DNA of 64,000 bases from the NCBI GenBank assembly GCA_048939625.1, contig JBHLPH010000007.1, forward strand, positions 30,766 to 94,765, in the 5' to 3' direction. This DNA is from Promethearchaeota archaeon. Lineage in GTDB: Archaea; Asgardarchaeota; Hermodarchaeia; Hermodarchaeales; Hermodarchaeaceae. The notes under the pieces are model-generated. The model made no database searches, was not told where the DNA came from, and worked only from the letters and a program-made list of their open reading frames with translations. Positions 37,144-45,758 of this stretch are shown one piece after another (positions within the stretch are counted from its first letter, which is position 1; each line of letters starts with the position of its first letter). The position numbers were made by a program, and so were the translations under genes.

Positions 37144-38304
37144 ATGTTCGCTTTTGATGAGCGATTAAAAAGTCTAGGCTGGTCGGATTTTCCATTTCGT
37201 ATTGATGTTATGCCAGAGGTGTTTGCAGGGCACAAGCGTCTACTCAATCCCTTAACGATTCAACTTCGAACAGGGAATATCATTCTTATTGAAGGCGGTC
37301 GCGGTACAGGGAAAACCCATGTGCTTCGATGGATCAATGATTCATTAACCAAATCAAAGGGGATGGTTCCACTTCTCATTTCGGAACCCCTCGATTCATC
37401 CATTCTCAGTAATGCCTTAATCGGATTGATGAATCACCGACTGATACAGAAGAATAAAACCGTGCCAACTCTTGTCGACGTGATGGTAGCAAAGATCCGA
37501 GAGTTCTACCAACAGAGTTCCCAACGTATTGTTTTGTTAATTGATGATGGGCAATCCCTCGCGCTTGGTCAAGACGATTCTGAAGTCGTTGAAGTTGAAA
37601 AGCGAAAAACGGTTCGCTGGTTACGTGTCCTCAGCGATTTGCAAGCGGTTGTGGTGTTTATTGCAGGGCTCACGGGGTTTTCTCAGGCTCTCACCAGTAT
37701 ATTTCCCCCTATTGCTGAGCGAGTAACCTTGGAATTTACCTTAGAGACCGAAGGACCTGACGGTCTCGAAGTTTTAACTGTCAAAGAAACCGAGCAGCTC
37801 ATTCGAGACAGAATCAAACATTTTGGTGGCAAGGGATTAACACCCTTCAACGCTGAGGCTATTGAAGAGATTCATCTCCATACTCGTGGGTATCCACGAA
37901 GCACTTTACGGTTTTGTGAAAACATCATTTCCATGGCCTTTCAAGAAGATACCCCTGCTGGGGACCGGATAACCCGAGAGTTTGTCCAACAGGTCATCAA
38001 ACAACGACCCAGTCCACCACCTGTCACTACATTGGCACCTTCAGCTCTTGATCAAACACGGTTTGTTGAAACCAGTCCAGCGGTTGAGGACGAAGAGTGG
38101 TTTGAAGAATTCGATGAGCTCACGGCTACTCAACGTGAAATTCTTGCGATTACCAAGGAGTTGAAACGCGTCACCTCCGCAGTTGTAGCCGAAGAAATTG
38201 GAATTACTAAGGGTACTGCTTCAAATGAACTCAAAAAGCTGTACGATATGCAGAAACTACAGCGACGGAAAGGTTATCGTGGTTTTGAGTATCTTCCTCG
38301 CTAA
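37144..38304 (+). CDS. AAA+ ATPase (ExeA/MshM-like) with C-terminal winged helix
   Basis: LGWSDFPF, Walker A GGRGTGKT, Walker B LLIDDG, FIAG, IHLHTRGYPR; wHTH LTATQREIL...KGTASNELKKL. Confidence 0.88.
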   Translation: MFAFDERLKSLGWSDFPFRIDVMPEVFAGHKRLLNPLTIQLRTGNIILIEGGRGTGKTHVLRWINDSLTKSKGMVPLLISEPLDSSILSNALIGLMNHRLIQKNKTVPTLVDVMVAKIREFYQQSSQRIVLLIDDGQSLALGQDDSEVVEVEKRKTVRWLRVLSDLQAVVVFIAGLTGFSQALTSIFPPIAERVTLEFTLETEGPDGLEVLTVKETEQLIRDRIKHFGGKGLTPFNAEAIEEIHLHTRGYPRSTLRFCENIISMAFQEDTPAGDRITREFVQQVIKQRPSPPPVTTLAPSALDQTRFVETSPAVEDEEWFEEFDELTATQREILAITKELKRVTSAVVAEEIGITKGTASNELKKLYDMQKLQRRKGYRGFEYLPR

Positions 38305-38423
38305 TACTTTTTACCATCTCGCAGGTTTCTCCAAGAATCTCCCTAAGAAGCTTTGAGACACATATCTTTAAGTGACACTTCCACAGAAATAAGATTAGAA
38401 AATCCTGTCGCCGGGACCAGCCT

Positions 38424-38954
38424 ATGTCACACGATGCCTTCGATTACCTTTTCAAAGTCGTGCTAGTCGGTGACGCAGAAGTTGGAAAGACAAGCCTCAC
38501 CACCCGCTTTGCCTATGGCACGTTCACAGATGGCTATATCTCCACCCTCGGCGTTGACTTCATCGTAAAGTCACTTCCCCTCAACAACTACATAGTTAAA
38601 CTCCAAGCATGGGATACAGCTGGACAAGAACGGTATGCTGGTGTACGCCCGATTTATTATCGAGGGGCGAAAGGTGCATTATTGGTCTTTGATATTACCA
38701 TGCGTCAAAGTTTCGTGAATGTGGATAAATGGTATGATCAGATTCGGAAATTTTCTGGGAATGACGTTCCTATCATTTTAGTAGGGAACAAGATTGATCT
38801 CGTGGATTCTCGAGTTATCAGTACTGATGAGGTTCAGGCGTATGCGGCACAAAAAGGAATGCCCTACTTTGAAACCAGTGCAAAAACCGACTATGCCGTC
38901 AATGAGGTATTTCAGAAACTAGCAGAGGTCATTCTATCGAAGGAACTTGGCTGA
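38424..38954 (+). CDS. Rab-like small GTPase (no prenylation tail)
   Basis: FDYLFKVVLVGDAEVGKTS, TLGVDF, KLQAWDTAGQE, YYRGA, LVFDIT, NKID, ETSAK. Confidence 0.95.
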   Translation: MSHDAFDYLFKVVLVGDAEVGKTSLTTRFAYGTFTDGYISTLGVDFIVKSLPLNNYIVKLQAWDTAGQERYAGVRPIYYRGAKGALLVFDITMRQSFVNVDKWYDQIRKFSGNDVPIILVGNKIDLVDSRVISTDEVQAYAAQKGMPYFETSAKTDYAVNEVFQKLAEVILSKELG

Positions 38955-39010
38955 GAAGTGACAAAAGAATAGCAGGGTCCTTTGCAGTAGAATTTCAGGG
39001 TCGAATTGTG

Positions 39011-40219
39011 ATGTCTGAGGATACCTCCTCATCAGAAGTTCAACCACCCAAACGAATGTGGAAACTCTTAGAACAATATCTAGCCCTGAGTGAGAAGTAT
39101 GATCAACGGACTCGAAAAATCGAAGATGATGCCAATCAGCGGCTGGTACAATACTTCCACGAAAAATCACCGGAATTAAAACACCATCTCATCGATACCA
39201 ACACGCTGACTGAATATTTGGATGAATTTGCTAAACATTTGCTAATTTATTATGGTTATTATCGAAGTGTTCGGCGAAGCATGGCCACGTTATTTGCATC
39301 TATTGGGATCACGGATCATCGGATGTTTGCGGAAATGGTTCGTGCAACTAGTGATCCCCGTGTGAAGGTTCAAATCAATGAGTTGGATTCACAAGGCGTA
39401 GCGTGGTTTTTACGTCAGTTTCTGGATGAGTACCAAGCAGTTGAACGGCATATCAACAGGCTAACGGGATATTTACCGAAATTAGATGAAGCGGTAAAAC
39501 AAACTTACAGCGAAAGTATGCGCCGGTTCCATGATGTCCTGGCTTATGTGATATCAGAGGAATCTAAGGCCTTACGAATGGCAGGTCATGAAAAGGTAGA
39601 AGCAGCGATTGAAGATGATGATCTAAGTAGTAAGGCTAATCTTGTGGTCGAAGCTATTGAATACTTTGTAAAGGATGCGCAAAACCATCCAACCTATATT
39701 CTCACTGAATCCGTTGGCTATTTTGGAACTGCTGAATTGGAAGAATTCGACAATAAAATAACTTCGTTTAAGAAGGTCCATGAGCTGTTTAAAGAGCATG
39801 TCAGCCTTTCTAATCGTACGCGGTGGATCTATGAACGTCATCATGCAACACTCTTTTCAAGTATTTTCGAAGGGTCGCATTTCGAGCTGTTGGAAATACG
39901 AGATCACATCCGAAACGGCGCGAATATGAAAACCTTTCAACAATATATCCGAGATTGTCCTGGCATGCTTTTAGGCGTTTCACAGGCCTATTCTCTTTAT
40001 CTCGAGTATAGTGCTTATTCAAAACAAATGCTCACCTTAGTTGATGCATATCGCGAAATGTCGGAATTCCTTCAAAGTGAACTTCTGCTAATTCTTTATA
40101 CGATGGAATTGCAAAGGAATCATTTGTACCTGGAGATTCGAGATGATTTCCGGCAAACCTTAGATGAATTTCAACAAACCCTGTTAGAAGTGTGTTCATT
40201 GAATCCTTCTGAAGACTAA
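39011..40219 (+). CDS. all-alpha-helical hypothetical protein
   Basis: 402 aa, long amphipathic helices, almost no Pro; 56 bp after the Rab gene. Confidence 0.82.
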   Translation: MSEDTSSSEVQPPKRMWKLLEQYLALSEKYDQRTRKIEDDANQRLVQYFHEKSPELKHHLIDTNTLTEYLDEFAKHLLIYYGYYRSVRRSMATLFASIGITDHRMFAEMVRATSDPRVKVQINELDSQGVAWFLRQFLDEYQAVERHINRLTGYLPKLDEAVKQTYSESMRRFHDVLAYVISEESKALRMAGHEKVEAAIEDDDLSSKANLVVEAIEYFVKDAQNHPTYILTESVGYFGTAELEEFDNKITSFKKVHELFKEHVSLSNRTRWIYERHHATLFSSIFEGSHFELLEIRDHIRNGANMKTFQQYIRDCPGMLLGVSQAYSLYLEYSAYSKQMLTLVDAYREMSEFLQSELLLILYTMELQRNHLYLEIRDDFRQTLDEFQQTLLEVCSLNPSED

Positions 40220-40318
40220 TCTAGTTCTACTAAAGGTCTTATTCATCGATTTTGATAGTTTGCTGTATTAGCAAAGAATATAACAAGAAATTTCCCTTCA
40301 CAGGAATAAACTCAATGA

Positions 40319-42385
40319 TTGAAGGGATTGTACTTGCGTCTGTCTCCCATATTTTTACTGGCTATCTTTTTCGTAGGTTTGATTCCTGTAATCTATAGTC
40401 CTGTAAATTTGGGATTTCACTTCATATCCAGAATAGACCAGTCTTCATCAGATCACGATACTTTATCCTCCCCCCTTTTTTTTCAAAACAAGGAAGTACC
40501 AAAAAGATCAGAAAAAACTTCAGTTCCTTTACCTGCTCCTCCAGATATTCAAGCAATTCTCGATTTAATCACTCCATCCTCGTTTGGTGGGGTTGTAAGC
40601 ACTATCTCTAATGGAATAGGGAGCCGTGTATATGGGTCAGAAGGGAATACACAGGCAGTAAACTATGTCTCACAGAAATTTGAAGAATTTGGGTTAGTTG
40701 TAAATCATCATGAATTTTCTTCAGCTCAGCCAAATGTTATCGGCACTCTTCAAGGAGGAAGTCTGAAGAATAACCAGTGCATTATCGTAGGTGCCCATAT
40801 TGATACTTATCCAGCTTCTTCGCGAGGTGCTGATGATAATGGATCTGGTATTGGAGCAGTATTAGAAATCGCTCGAGCCATGTCTCAATATAGTTATAAT
40901 TATACAATCTTATTTGTTGCATTCAATTCAGAAGAATTAATGATAGCGGGAAGTAATGCCCTTGCTGCCGATCTTGTTGAAGCCAATGTTTCGATTGCTG
41001 TTATGTATAACTTTGATATGATTTTGTGGGATAGTCCTCTTTCTTCTGAGAATCTCAAGACTTACATTGTTCATAATGGAGGGGCAAGTGCATCATACGC
41101 TTCACATGCAGAGAATATTGGTAAAACCTGGTTAGACGCTCCTGTCCAATCTCATCTTGAACCCTATTGGGTCCACAGTGACCATTCCGCCTTCTGGAGC
41201 CGTAAAATCCCTGCAGTTTGGTTCTTTGAACACGACGGCTACAGCAATCCGTACATTCATAGCATCCAAGACACAACATCTCAACCCTCCTACTCTTACG
41301 AAATAGGATCTTTAGCCACAAAAACGGCCGCAGCTGCTGTAGCCGATTTTGCTACAATTGTATCCAATCAAAATGGTTTTCCTGATATCAACTTCATTAC
41401 ACCGGAGAGTGATACTTTTGTTCGCCCCTCTGATCAGATGCCAATTTTTCTTTCAATCGATGATGCCGATAATGATGTAGAATATCTTGAAATTTCCATA
41501 GGTGGAGGGCCTTGGATTAACGCTACTGCTGGTCTAAATTCAACTCACTGTGAATATTTTTTGAATACAACAGGAATGTATGGGCCTGTCACAATTTATG
41601 CCAGAGCCTATGATGCAAATGGTTGGATAGCTAGGACATCAACTTCCTTTACAATTGATAGAGGTATTAATTGCAGTATTTTTAGTCCCTTAGATGGAGA
41701 GGTTTTGGTTCAAGGTGAACAAACCACGATTTGGGTGAACGTGACTGATCCCGATGGGCGTTATGTTCCAGCGGTAGAAATCCGTATTAATCAAGATGAT
41801 TGGCATCGGGCATCTGAACATGTTCGAAATAAGGAATACTATTACAATTTAATCCCGTATGAGGTTGGGTCAATAACTATTGAAACTCGTGTGATAGATC
41901 TGAATGGGAATCGAAATAATTCGATGGTTTCTGTGACGGTGACAAATTATCCTCCAATCATCACAGGAGTTTGGATTAACCCGATTTCACCATTGAATAC
42001 TGATCCGGTCCAGGTTTATGCTGAAGTGACTCAAGATAGCCGTGGCTCGGGAATCGATAGTGTATTAGTATATTATAGTACAGATTATTCTCTTTGGCAT
42101 CCACGTGAAATGGATTTGGTAGATAGCGATATTTCATTCGATCTATACATGGTTACACTTGATGCTGTTCCAGCGGGCAGTCAAGTGCGATTCTATATTC
42201 AAGCCCGAGATAATTTTGATAACATCGTTATTAATGACAACAATGGCCTCTATTATGAATATTATGTGGCTGCAAATCTCACAATGGTCATTTTTGCAGC
42301 TGCAATAATCAGTATATCTGTTGTAGCTGGTGTATCGTACTACGTTCTTCGATACCGACGACGAGAAAGACCTACACCCACTTAA
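40319..42385 (+). CDS. secreted M28 metalloaminopeptidase with Ig-like domains and C-terminal anchor
   Basis: GAHID, GADDNGSG, SEE, NFDM, SDH, IHSIQD; beta-rich repeats; TM tail. Confidence 0.92.
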   Translation: MKGLYLRLSPIFLLAIFFVGLIPVIYSPVNLGFHFISRIDQSSSDHDTLSSPLFFQNKEVPKRSEKTSVPLPAPPDIQAILDLITPSSFGGVVSTISNGIGSRVYGSEGNTQAVNYVSQKFEEFGLVVNHHEFSSAQPNVIGTLQGGSLKNNQCIIVGAHIDTYPASSRGADDNGSGIGAVLEIARAMSQYSYNYTILFVAFNSEELMIAGSNALAADLVEANVSIAVMYNFDMILWDSPLSSENLKTYIVHNGGASASYASHAENIGKTWLDAPVQSHLEPYWVHSDHSAFWSRKIPAVWFFEHDGYSNPYIHSIQDTTSQPSYSYEIGSLATKTAAAAVADFATIVSNQNGFPDINFITPESDTFVRPSDQMPIFLSIDDADNDVEYLEISIGGGPWINATAGLNSTHCEYFLNTTGMYGPVTIYARAYDANGWIARTSTSFTIDRGINCSIFSPLDGEVLVQGEQTTIWVNVTDPDGRYVPAVEIRINQDDWHRASEHVRNKEYYYNLIPYEVGSITIETRVIDLNGNRNNSMVSVTVTNYPPIITGVWINPISPLNTDPVQVYAEVTQDSRGSGIDSVLVYYSTDYSLWHPREMDLVDSDISFDLYMVTLDAVPAGSQVRFYIQARDNFDNIVINDNNGLYYEYYVAANLTMVIFAAAIISISVVAGVSYYVLRYRRRERPTPT

Positions 42386-42479
42386 TTTCTGTATAATTTC
42401 GGATTATGTCATACTGTTCAAAAGCTTTTTTAATTAGAGGTCCGTCACTCCTTCTCAGCAGTATAGAAGGTAGTTTGGT

Positions 42480-44492
42480 GTGGGGTTTAAAAACATTCAA
42501 TCTAGCCAGTGGTTCCGAAGCTATACGCAAAAACTCATTGCTATTGCCTTTACCTTGGCCATTATCTTCTCTTTTTTCCCCATACTAATCGGATATTTTG
42601 TTCCGCAAATTGCTTCTGTGTATCTTTATAGCGCTTATATCGTTGTATTTCTAACAATTTTTGGAATTTGCCTTATTCTATTTCAGTTTCACAATCCCAT
42701 TGCGCGACGGCTCGCTTATATCATTTCAATTACAAGTCTATTAGGGGCATTGGCTCATTACTGGATACTGATTACGAATCTGTTCTTGGGAATCCCACTC
42801 ACTTATCCTAACCCAACAGCTTACATCGCTGCAGCAGCAAATTTAGTCATGCTTGTTGGGTTTGCCCTTGTATCCATTGAACAGCGGAGACGATCCTGGC
42901 GACAAATCGGAGGCTTTGTTCTCATCACCGGATTATTTGCAGTATGCATTCTCTCCACTTACTTGATGAATCTAACCTTTCACCCCCCAATAATTCCGGC
43001 TATCGGAACAGGATTACGAATTCTTATCGGATTCTTAACTGCCATCTTTGCTTGGATTTTTTATTTCAACCAAGACCCCCCTCCGGAGGTTATTGGACGA
43101 AACAGTCGCCTCCTCCTCGTCCTTGCAAGTCTCGTTCTCATCTTAGGTTATACTGCATTTGCTTTTCAGTATGCCATGGAGTGGAACACACTCTCGGTAT
43201 TCTATTATGCTGGATCAATATCAGATGCGATAACCCTCTTTGCCATATTCATCTTCCTCATCGCCGTTCTTGTCACTTTCACAGAGACCCTCGAAAACAT
43301 GGCTTCAAGCCGTCCGTTATCAATCAGTTATGAAGTCCTTAATCGGGTGGTCCTGATTACATCACTTATCGTGGTCTTGACGATTTCAGGAGCAATCGCT
43401 ATCACCCTAATTGGGCGGGTCTTGCTAGTCTATCTCTCTCCTATTGATGCAACTATTGCCTTACAGACTATAGGAACTGGTTTACTCATTGGATTGGGTA
43501 TAATCATAATCATTGTTGCAGGTGCTGGCTACTATCTTTCTCGGTGGTTATACCAACCTCTTGCGTATCTTGAAGCCGAAACCGCTGCTGTAACCGAACC
43601 TGGAATTATCTCATATTCGGAACCTCAAGGTCTTGTCTTGACTGAATTGCAGGGCGTATCTGATAGCTTTGCGAAAATAATCGATGAATTAAGCCGTGTT
43701 CGAGCGGAGCTTCGCCGCTTCACCATAACAGAAAGTCGGTTACGAACCCCCTCAACATCCCAACTTGCTAAGTTGGACTATTATCTCGCAATTATAAATA
43801 ATTCAGTGACCAACCGAATCCAAACCATAATGAGTCTTTCTGAAGCTAGTCGAGATCTCTCAGATCCTAAAGAACGTGACCACATTTGGGACATGATTCA
43901 AACCGAAATTACCGAGATACATTACCTTTTGAAAAGTGTACAATTGCTTCGTCTTATCGACACTCAAGCTCTTCCCGAGTTCCATCGAATTGATTTAACG
44001 CCTTTGCTAACTGAACTGATCACAAAATTACAGGAAGTACTTCCTAAAACCACAAGGCAAATCGCGATATCTTTACCTTCTGAGAAGGTCAATGTTTTGG
44101 CGAACGAATACGTGTCTCATATCTTTCAGCCCTTAATCCGATTAGTTTTGGAACGGGATGTCGGTGGACCAGCAATTATTGAAGTGACATTTACTCAGGT
44201 GAAAGAATCAGGAATCGATTATTGGCAGATAGATATCACCCATCCAAAGTGGGTGCTCCCTGATATTGAAAAAGTACTTCTCTTTCGTTCAGACCCCGAA
44301 CAACCTCAAAAAGCGAACCCCAATCTATTATTGGTTCCTAATCTGGTTGAGTATTTCCGTGGTAAATTCCGTGTAAAGAATATCGTGATTGATGATCCTC
44401 AATATGGCACGGTAATTCAAGTTCTCCTCCCCCGAGCAAATCGTCGCCGAGGAAAACCTTCACCTAACGATGAAGCTGAAGAAGAGGACTGA
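42480..44492 (+). CDS. multi-TM sensor with degenerate histidine-kinase core (pseudokinase)
   Basis: About 9-10 TM, HAMP-like linker, HisKA-like helix YYLAIINNSVTNRIQTI without His, HATPase-like fold lacking N/G1/G2 boxes. Confidence 0.8.
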   Translation: MGFKNIQSSQWFRSYTQKLIAIAFTLAIIFSFFPILIGYFVPQIASVYLYSAYIVVFLTIFGICLILFQFHNPIARRLAYIISITSLLGALAHYWILITNLFLGIPLTYPNPTAYIAAAANLVMLVGFALVSIEQRRRSWRQIGGFVLITGLFAVCILSTYLMNLTFHPPIIPAIGTGLRILIGFLTAIFAWIFYFNQDPPPEVIGRNSRLLLVLASLVLILGYTAFAFQYAMEWNTLSVFYYAGSISDAITLFAIFIFLIAVLVTFTETLENMASSRPLSISYEVLNRVVLITSLIVVLTISGAIAITLIGRVLLVYLSPIDATIALQTIGTGLLIGLGIIIIIVAGAGYYLSRWLYQPLAYLEAETAAVTEPGIISYSEPQGLVLTELQGVSDSFAKIIDELSRVRAELRRFTITESRLRTPSTSQLAKLDYYLAIINNSVTNRIQTIMSLSEASRDLSDPKERDHIWDMIQTEITEIHYLLKSVQLLRLIDTQALPEFHRIDLTPLLTELITKLQEVLPKTTRQIAISLPSEKVNVLANEYVSHIFQPLIRLVLERDVGGPAIIEVTFTQVKESGIDYWQIDITHPKWVLPDIEKVLLFRSDPEQPQKANPNLLLVPNLVEYFRGKFRVKNIVIDDPQYGTVIQVLLPRANRRRGKPSPNDEAEEED

Positions 44493-44497
44493 TATTC

Positions 44498-44851
44498 ATG
44501 TCAGAAACGGTGATGGTGATTTCAGCCCAGAACTCTCTTCGTTATTCAATTGAGACTCTCCTTGCACAAGGAGGTCACACCGTCTGCCCTGGGATTGACA
44601 ATCTTGGGGGTTTTCGGCATGCGCTCAATGCCTCTGAGAATATACCCACTTTGATCTTACTAGATTACTGGCTAGGACGGTCTGAGACTAGATCCTTTGT
44701 AAAAAGTTTGAAACAGCAAGGCTTTGCTGTTATTTTAATGGGGAACACCTTTTTAGGGCGAAATGTGGCTGCGACTGAGGGTGTGGGATTTCTCGAAAAA
44801 CCATTTACAAAGAAGGAATTACTGAAGGCAGTTTCTCAAGCTAGCCGCTAA
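44498..44851 (+). CDS. stand-alone atypical receiver-domain (CheY-like) protein
   Basis: PTLILLDYWL and FLEKPFT retained; acidic pair replaced by SAQ; conserved T/S absent (ILMGN). Confidence 0.85.
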   Translation: MSETVMVISAQNSLRYSIETLLAQGGHTVCPGIDNLGGFRHALNASENIPTLILLDYWLGRSETRSFVKSLKQQGFAVILMGNTFLGRNVAATEGVGFLEKPFTKKELLKAVSQASR

Positions 44852-44855
44852 GGTT

Positions 44856-45692
44856 CTAGATGAGGACTAGCTCTCGCTTTCCTGACTCCATAACATGGAG
44901 TGCTTTACCAGCAATCGGACCGCGATACTCTCGACAAGAAAATAGACTGAGTACACGGCCTTCGAAAAACTCGTGGAATCCATGCGGAAAGACTTCGTGG
45001 GCTCGTACAATAAGTTCGACTGCATTAAAGTCCATGAACTCCTCAGTTACATCTTGTCCAAAGGTTCGAATTCGACCTCCCCGCATGGAGGGGCCAAAGC
45101 CTTTGAGCGTTTCACGTGGATCATTCCATAGCAGTTGATATGCAATCTGATTTTCAATGGTAATTTCTCGTGGGAGTGAATCAATTTGCTTTACATCCCT
45201 GAGATTTTCCGGAATCCCGCCATGAACAGCAAAGATACGGTGGTCTCGACTAATCCCTGCCAATGGAAGATTCGCAAAGGTCTCCCAGTATTCTTGGAGT
45301 ATATCCCCATACTTGGCTTGAACCACGTCATAGAAACCATAAGCTCGATTGACCCATGGCGTTTCATGGTTGCCTCGAAGAAGCATCATTCGACGTGGAA
45401 TCTCGACTTTGAGTCTAAACAAGAAATTCATGTTTTCGATTTGAAAAGGTCCTCTATCTACGTAATCACCCAAAAAGACAAAGACCGAGGGGCTATCCCA
45501 AAACCGAGTTAGAATGCGCTGTGTAGCATCCCAATCGCCATGTGTATCTCCGATGAACACAAGCGGGGTATCAGGGAGTCGCAATAATCGCGGTTCTTGG
45601 AGTAAAATGGGTTGAACCTCCTCAAGAAGATTAAGGGCATCTTCTTTGTTGTATTGCCTGATGGCAGCCGCTGTTTTGGCGATCATATTCAA
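44856..45692 (-). CDS. PPP-family Ser/Thr protein phosphatase (PP1/PP2A-like)
   Basis: GDTHG, GDYVDRG, RGNHE, HGG, LLWNDP, RAHE. Confidence 0.95.
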   Translation of the reverse strand: MNMIAKTAAAIRQYNKEDALNLLEEVQPILLQEPRLLRLPDTPLVFIGDTHGDWDATQRILTRFWDSPSVFVFLGDYVDRGPFQIENMNFLFRLKVEIPRRMMLLRGNHETPWVNRAYGFYDVVQAKYGDILQEYWETFANLPLAGISRDHRIFAVHGGIPENLRDVKQIDSLPREITIENQIAYQLLWNDPRETLKGFGPSMRGGRIRTFGQDVTEEFMDFNAVELIVRAHEVFPHGFHEFFEGRVLSLFSCREYRGPIAGKALHVMESGKRELVLI

Positions 45693-45758
45693 AGAACCTC
45701 CTGATTTAATTACGGAAACTTGCCGTTAAGGATTTTGAAATCAGGAATAGACAATGAG

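Noticed and set aside
36271-38304. Canonical oriC with Orc1/Cdc6
   Set aside because: AAA+ plus wHTH and an AT-rich gap are suggestive, but no ORB-like TCCAxTGGAAA/G-string boxes were seen and the ATPase motifs are ExeA-like rather than Orc1-like.
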